From assembly GCA_034669905.1 (NCBI GenBank), contig JAXMOL010000015.1, forward strand, positions 1 through 64,000: a stretch of 64,000 nt of DNA, in the 5' to 3' direction. The notes under the pieces are model-generated. The model was not told the origin of the DNA and made no database searches. It saw nothing but the letters and a program-made list of their open reading frames with translations. Made by a program: the position numbers and the translations under genes. Source of the stretch: Candidatus Hydrogenedentota bacterium. GTDB taxonomy: Bacteria; Hydrogenedentota; Hydrogenedentia; Hydrogenedentales; JAEUWI01. Positions 61,840 to 64,000 of this stretch are shown one piece after another (position 1 is the first letter of the stretch; every line of letters starts with the position of its first letter).

Positions 61840-62691
61840 TTAGGCCGTGAACTTCTTGCGGAGTACGCCGCCCAGGACACCCATTCCGAGGAGTGCAAAG
61901 GTGGAGGGCTCGGGAACCGGAGCAAGGGGCGTGTTGTCCTGAACGTTGATGACGTCGTTACCACATTCCATCGTCCAGTGGAGGCCGAGACCGCCATTGT
62001 TATCATTGGTGAGTGCGTCTTCGAAGAAATCCGCCACGTCGAAGGAGATTTCCAGGAAGTTGTGGGTACCCATGGAACCCCAGGCAACCTGGGTGTTCCA
62101 GAGGGCCGTGCGATTGCTCGGCTGGGGAACTACGCTTTCATTGACACGGTAGGGGTTGGACGTACCGAACTGGGGATAGATAACGTCTTCCGTCGCCCAG
62201 CTGCTGGGACCGTCGTTCAACCAGAGATTACCGAAGCGGGCTACGTCGGCCGCATTGTTCCGCAGGCTCGTCGCGATGGCCACGTCGAAGAATTCGCCGT
62301 GCGCACCACCACCGGTGTTGCCGAAGTCAACGAACATGTCACCGGCGTAGAGGCTATCCGCAGGGACACCCTCGGCCGGAAAGCCCGTTACCAGGCCGAT
62401 GTGAAGGCGACCACCCGTGAGGGCGTTTACATCCGCATCTTCATAGCGGTAGAAAATCTGTTCGATGTCATAAAGCTGACCACCGACACCCGGGGTAGGA
62501 CCTTCTTCGTCCACCTGCGTACGGGTCCCCAGGTCGTGAATGGAAACCAATCCTTCCTGCCAGTTGTTGTTATTAACATTTCCACCGTAGGAGAACCAGT
62601 CAGACCAGTCACCATCTGTGGTGATAGCGCCCGCGCCGTTAGCCATGGCAACCAGGGTACCGAGTGCGAGTACTTTCGTGAGCTTTTTCAT
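61840..62691 (-). CDS. PEP-CTERM sorting domain protein
   Basis: Start MKKLTK after GGAGG RBS, signal peptide, HWTMECGNDVI motif, VPEPSTFALLGMGVLGGVLRKK. Confidence 0.93.
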   Translation of the reverse strand: MKKLTKVLALGTLVAMANGAGAITTDGDWSDWFSYGGNVNNNNWQEGLVSIHDLGTRTQVDEEGPTPGVGGQLYDIEQIFYRYEDADVNALTGGRLHIGLVTGFPAEGVPADSLYAGDMFVDFGNTGGGAHGEFFDVAIATSLRNNAADVARFGNLWLNDGPSSWATEDVIYPQFGTSNPYRVNESVVPQPSNRTALWNTQVAWGSMGTHNFLEISFDVADFFEDALTNDNNGGLGLHWTMECGNDVINVQDNTPLAPVPEPSTFALLGMGVLGGVLRKKFTA

Positions 62692-62791
62692 TCTTTCTTT
62701 CCTCCAAGTCTTTACATTTTCAATGTGAGTAGTTTGAGTCGATTGAACCATCAATCTTCCGCACGCTCTCTAACCGAACTGCATAGGTATA

Positions 62792-62807
62792 TGCACAAGC
62801 CGTGCCA
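62792..62807 (-). promoter_or_regulatory. sigma54 (-24/-12) promoter
   Basis: TGGCACGGCTTGTGCA on the minus strand, 100 bp upstream of the PEP-CTERM start. Confidence 0.8.
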
Positions 62808-63139
62808 AAAACCACAACCAACAAAAACCCACAATAACACCCACCCTGCCATTTTCAGTGATTCATATATGAATATATCTCATTCTTTTTTGACCTATTG
62901 ACGCTAGCAGACAAAGACAAATATTGTCACCCGTGACTTGTTTTTGCCCATCCATCAAGTAATACATAGCTTCCTTTAGGGGAAGGGGCAAAGAATTCCG
63001 GGGGGCGGAGGGCCGGGTATGCCGTATAATTTGCTATCAACCGTGTAAATACCTTACGGACTCCCCCAATTTCCCAAAATTGGACCCTGGACCGGATCTT
63101 TTTGTTGTTCACTCTTGAACAACTTTGGGCAGGGCAGGT

Positions 63140-63355
63140 CGTATGGGGGAAGGAGCGGGTAGCATGTCACGCATAGCGGACATATGGACCTTCGGCACAG
63201 GAGCGCGGAGAGCAGGGAAAAACCCGGTCCCATTGCGGCAGAGCGACAGGGAAGCTGCCCGCAGGAGCGTGGCAGGGTAATCAGAGGGGCAGGAGGCGGG
63301 CAGGCGGTTGCCCCGGGGCATCATGAGGGGCTGTGGAGGCCACCATGGTGGCCGG
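63140..63355 (+). ncRNA. candidate GGA-rich (CsrB/Rsm-like) sRNA
   Basis: About 11 GGA motifs in ~200 nt, several as CAGGA/CAGGGA, one as CGC-AGGA-GCG; speculative. Confidence 0.25.
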
Positions 63356-63378
63356 TGGCGGTCAGGTAGATGGGCTAG

Positions 63379-63837
63379 CTATCTACGCTGGGCTTCGAGG
63401 CTGTTGGCGATCCACGCGTTCCCCCGCTCCAATCGGCTGCTGAGGACATCGATCACGTTGAGGAGAAACTGAACGGCATGGGGACTGCTCAGGAGCTGGC
63501 TCACCTCTTCCTCTCCGAACGCCAGAACGTGCACATCCGTTGATGCCCGTGCGGTAGCGGAACGGGGACGATGGTGGAGGGTGGCCATCTCCCCGAAGGC
63601 TTCATAGTCCCGACACTTGGCAATAAACTTGTCGCCGAAATGGATCGATACGACCCCATCCAGCACCACATAGAGATAGCGCCCCGGTTCACCTTCCTGG
63701 AAGATGATGGTGCCCTGGTCAAAGTATTGCTCTTCCCCCATGGCCACCACTTCAGCAATCTGTACACGATCAAGCCCGTTGAGAATGCGTGCCCGTTGTA
63801 ACCGTGCCGTATCAAGCATTTTAATTCCTGCCTCCAT
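63379..63837 (-). CDS. stand-alone cyclic nucleotide-binding domain protein
   Basis: IFQEGEPG..LYVVLDG, FGEMA, PRSATARA; no HTH; start 63837 or 63819. Confidence 0.9.
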   Translation of the reverse strand: MEAGIKMLDTARLQRARILNGLDRVQIAEVVAMGEEQYFDQGTIIFQEGEPGRYLYVVLDGVVSIHFGDKFIAKCRDYEAFGEMATLHHRPRSATARASTDVHVLAFGEEEVSQLLSSPHAVQFLLNVIDVLSSRLERGNAWIANSLEAQRR

Positions 63838-64000
63838 GTTGAGCGTCGCGTCATTCACGGACAGGCAACGGGCCGCCCCGGTGCCCTGAAAAGGAAACGG
63901 GACGGACAGCGATGATGCCATCCGTCCCGAGAGTGTGCCACAGACTATTGGAGTGTATCCAGAAAGGTTTCCGCTTCATCGGCCTGGGGGAAGTCCAAAC

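Overview
64 kb of GC-rich, mostly core chromosome from a diderm, flagellated bacterium. Two PEP-CTERM genes, an lpxC-fabZ fusion, mcsA-mcsB-clpC joined to bamA, and many secreted hydrolases/HEAT proteins suggest a Hydrogenedentota- or PVC-like lineage (inference only). Recognisable genes: uvrB, rel, fliC with glycosylation neighbours, mnmA, bactofilin + M23 peptidase, trxB, glgB + amylosucrase, yciH, mcsA-mcsB-clpC-bamA, skp-lpxD-lpxC/fabZ, tRNA-Glu(TTC) and tRNA-His(GTG). I saw no CRISPR array, prophage, integrase or transposase. Best leads: (1) a tRNA-His gene with no encoded G-1, and with G1.U72 and A73; (2) a full-length McsB that has lost its catalytic motifs, a probable pseudokinase, in an operon translationally coupled to bamA; (3) a 37-aa amphipathic peptide gene below the ORF-track cutoff, just after a three-unit palindromic repeat array; (4) two highly structured non-coding stretches (45.0-45.3 kb and 61.36-61.77 kb); (5) a sigma28 promoter and CsrA-type leader on flagellin, plus a GGA-rich candidate CsrA-sponge RNA at 63.1-63.35 kb; (6) sigma54 promoters on both PEP-CTERM genes and the ankyrin gene; (7) a membrane protein with an unrecognised tandemly duplicated helical domain. 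All product calls come from motif recognition by eye; no database searches were run.
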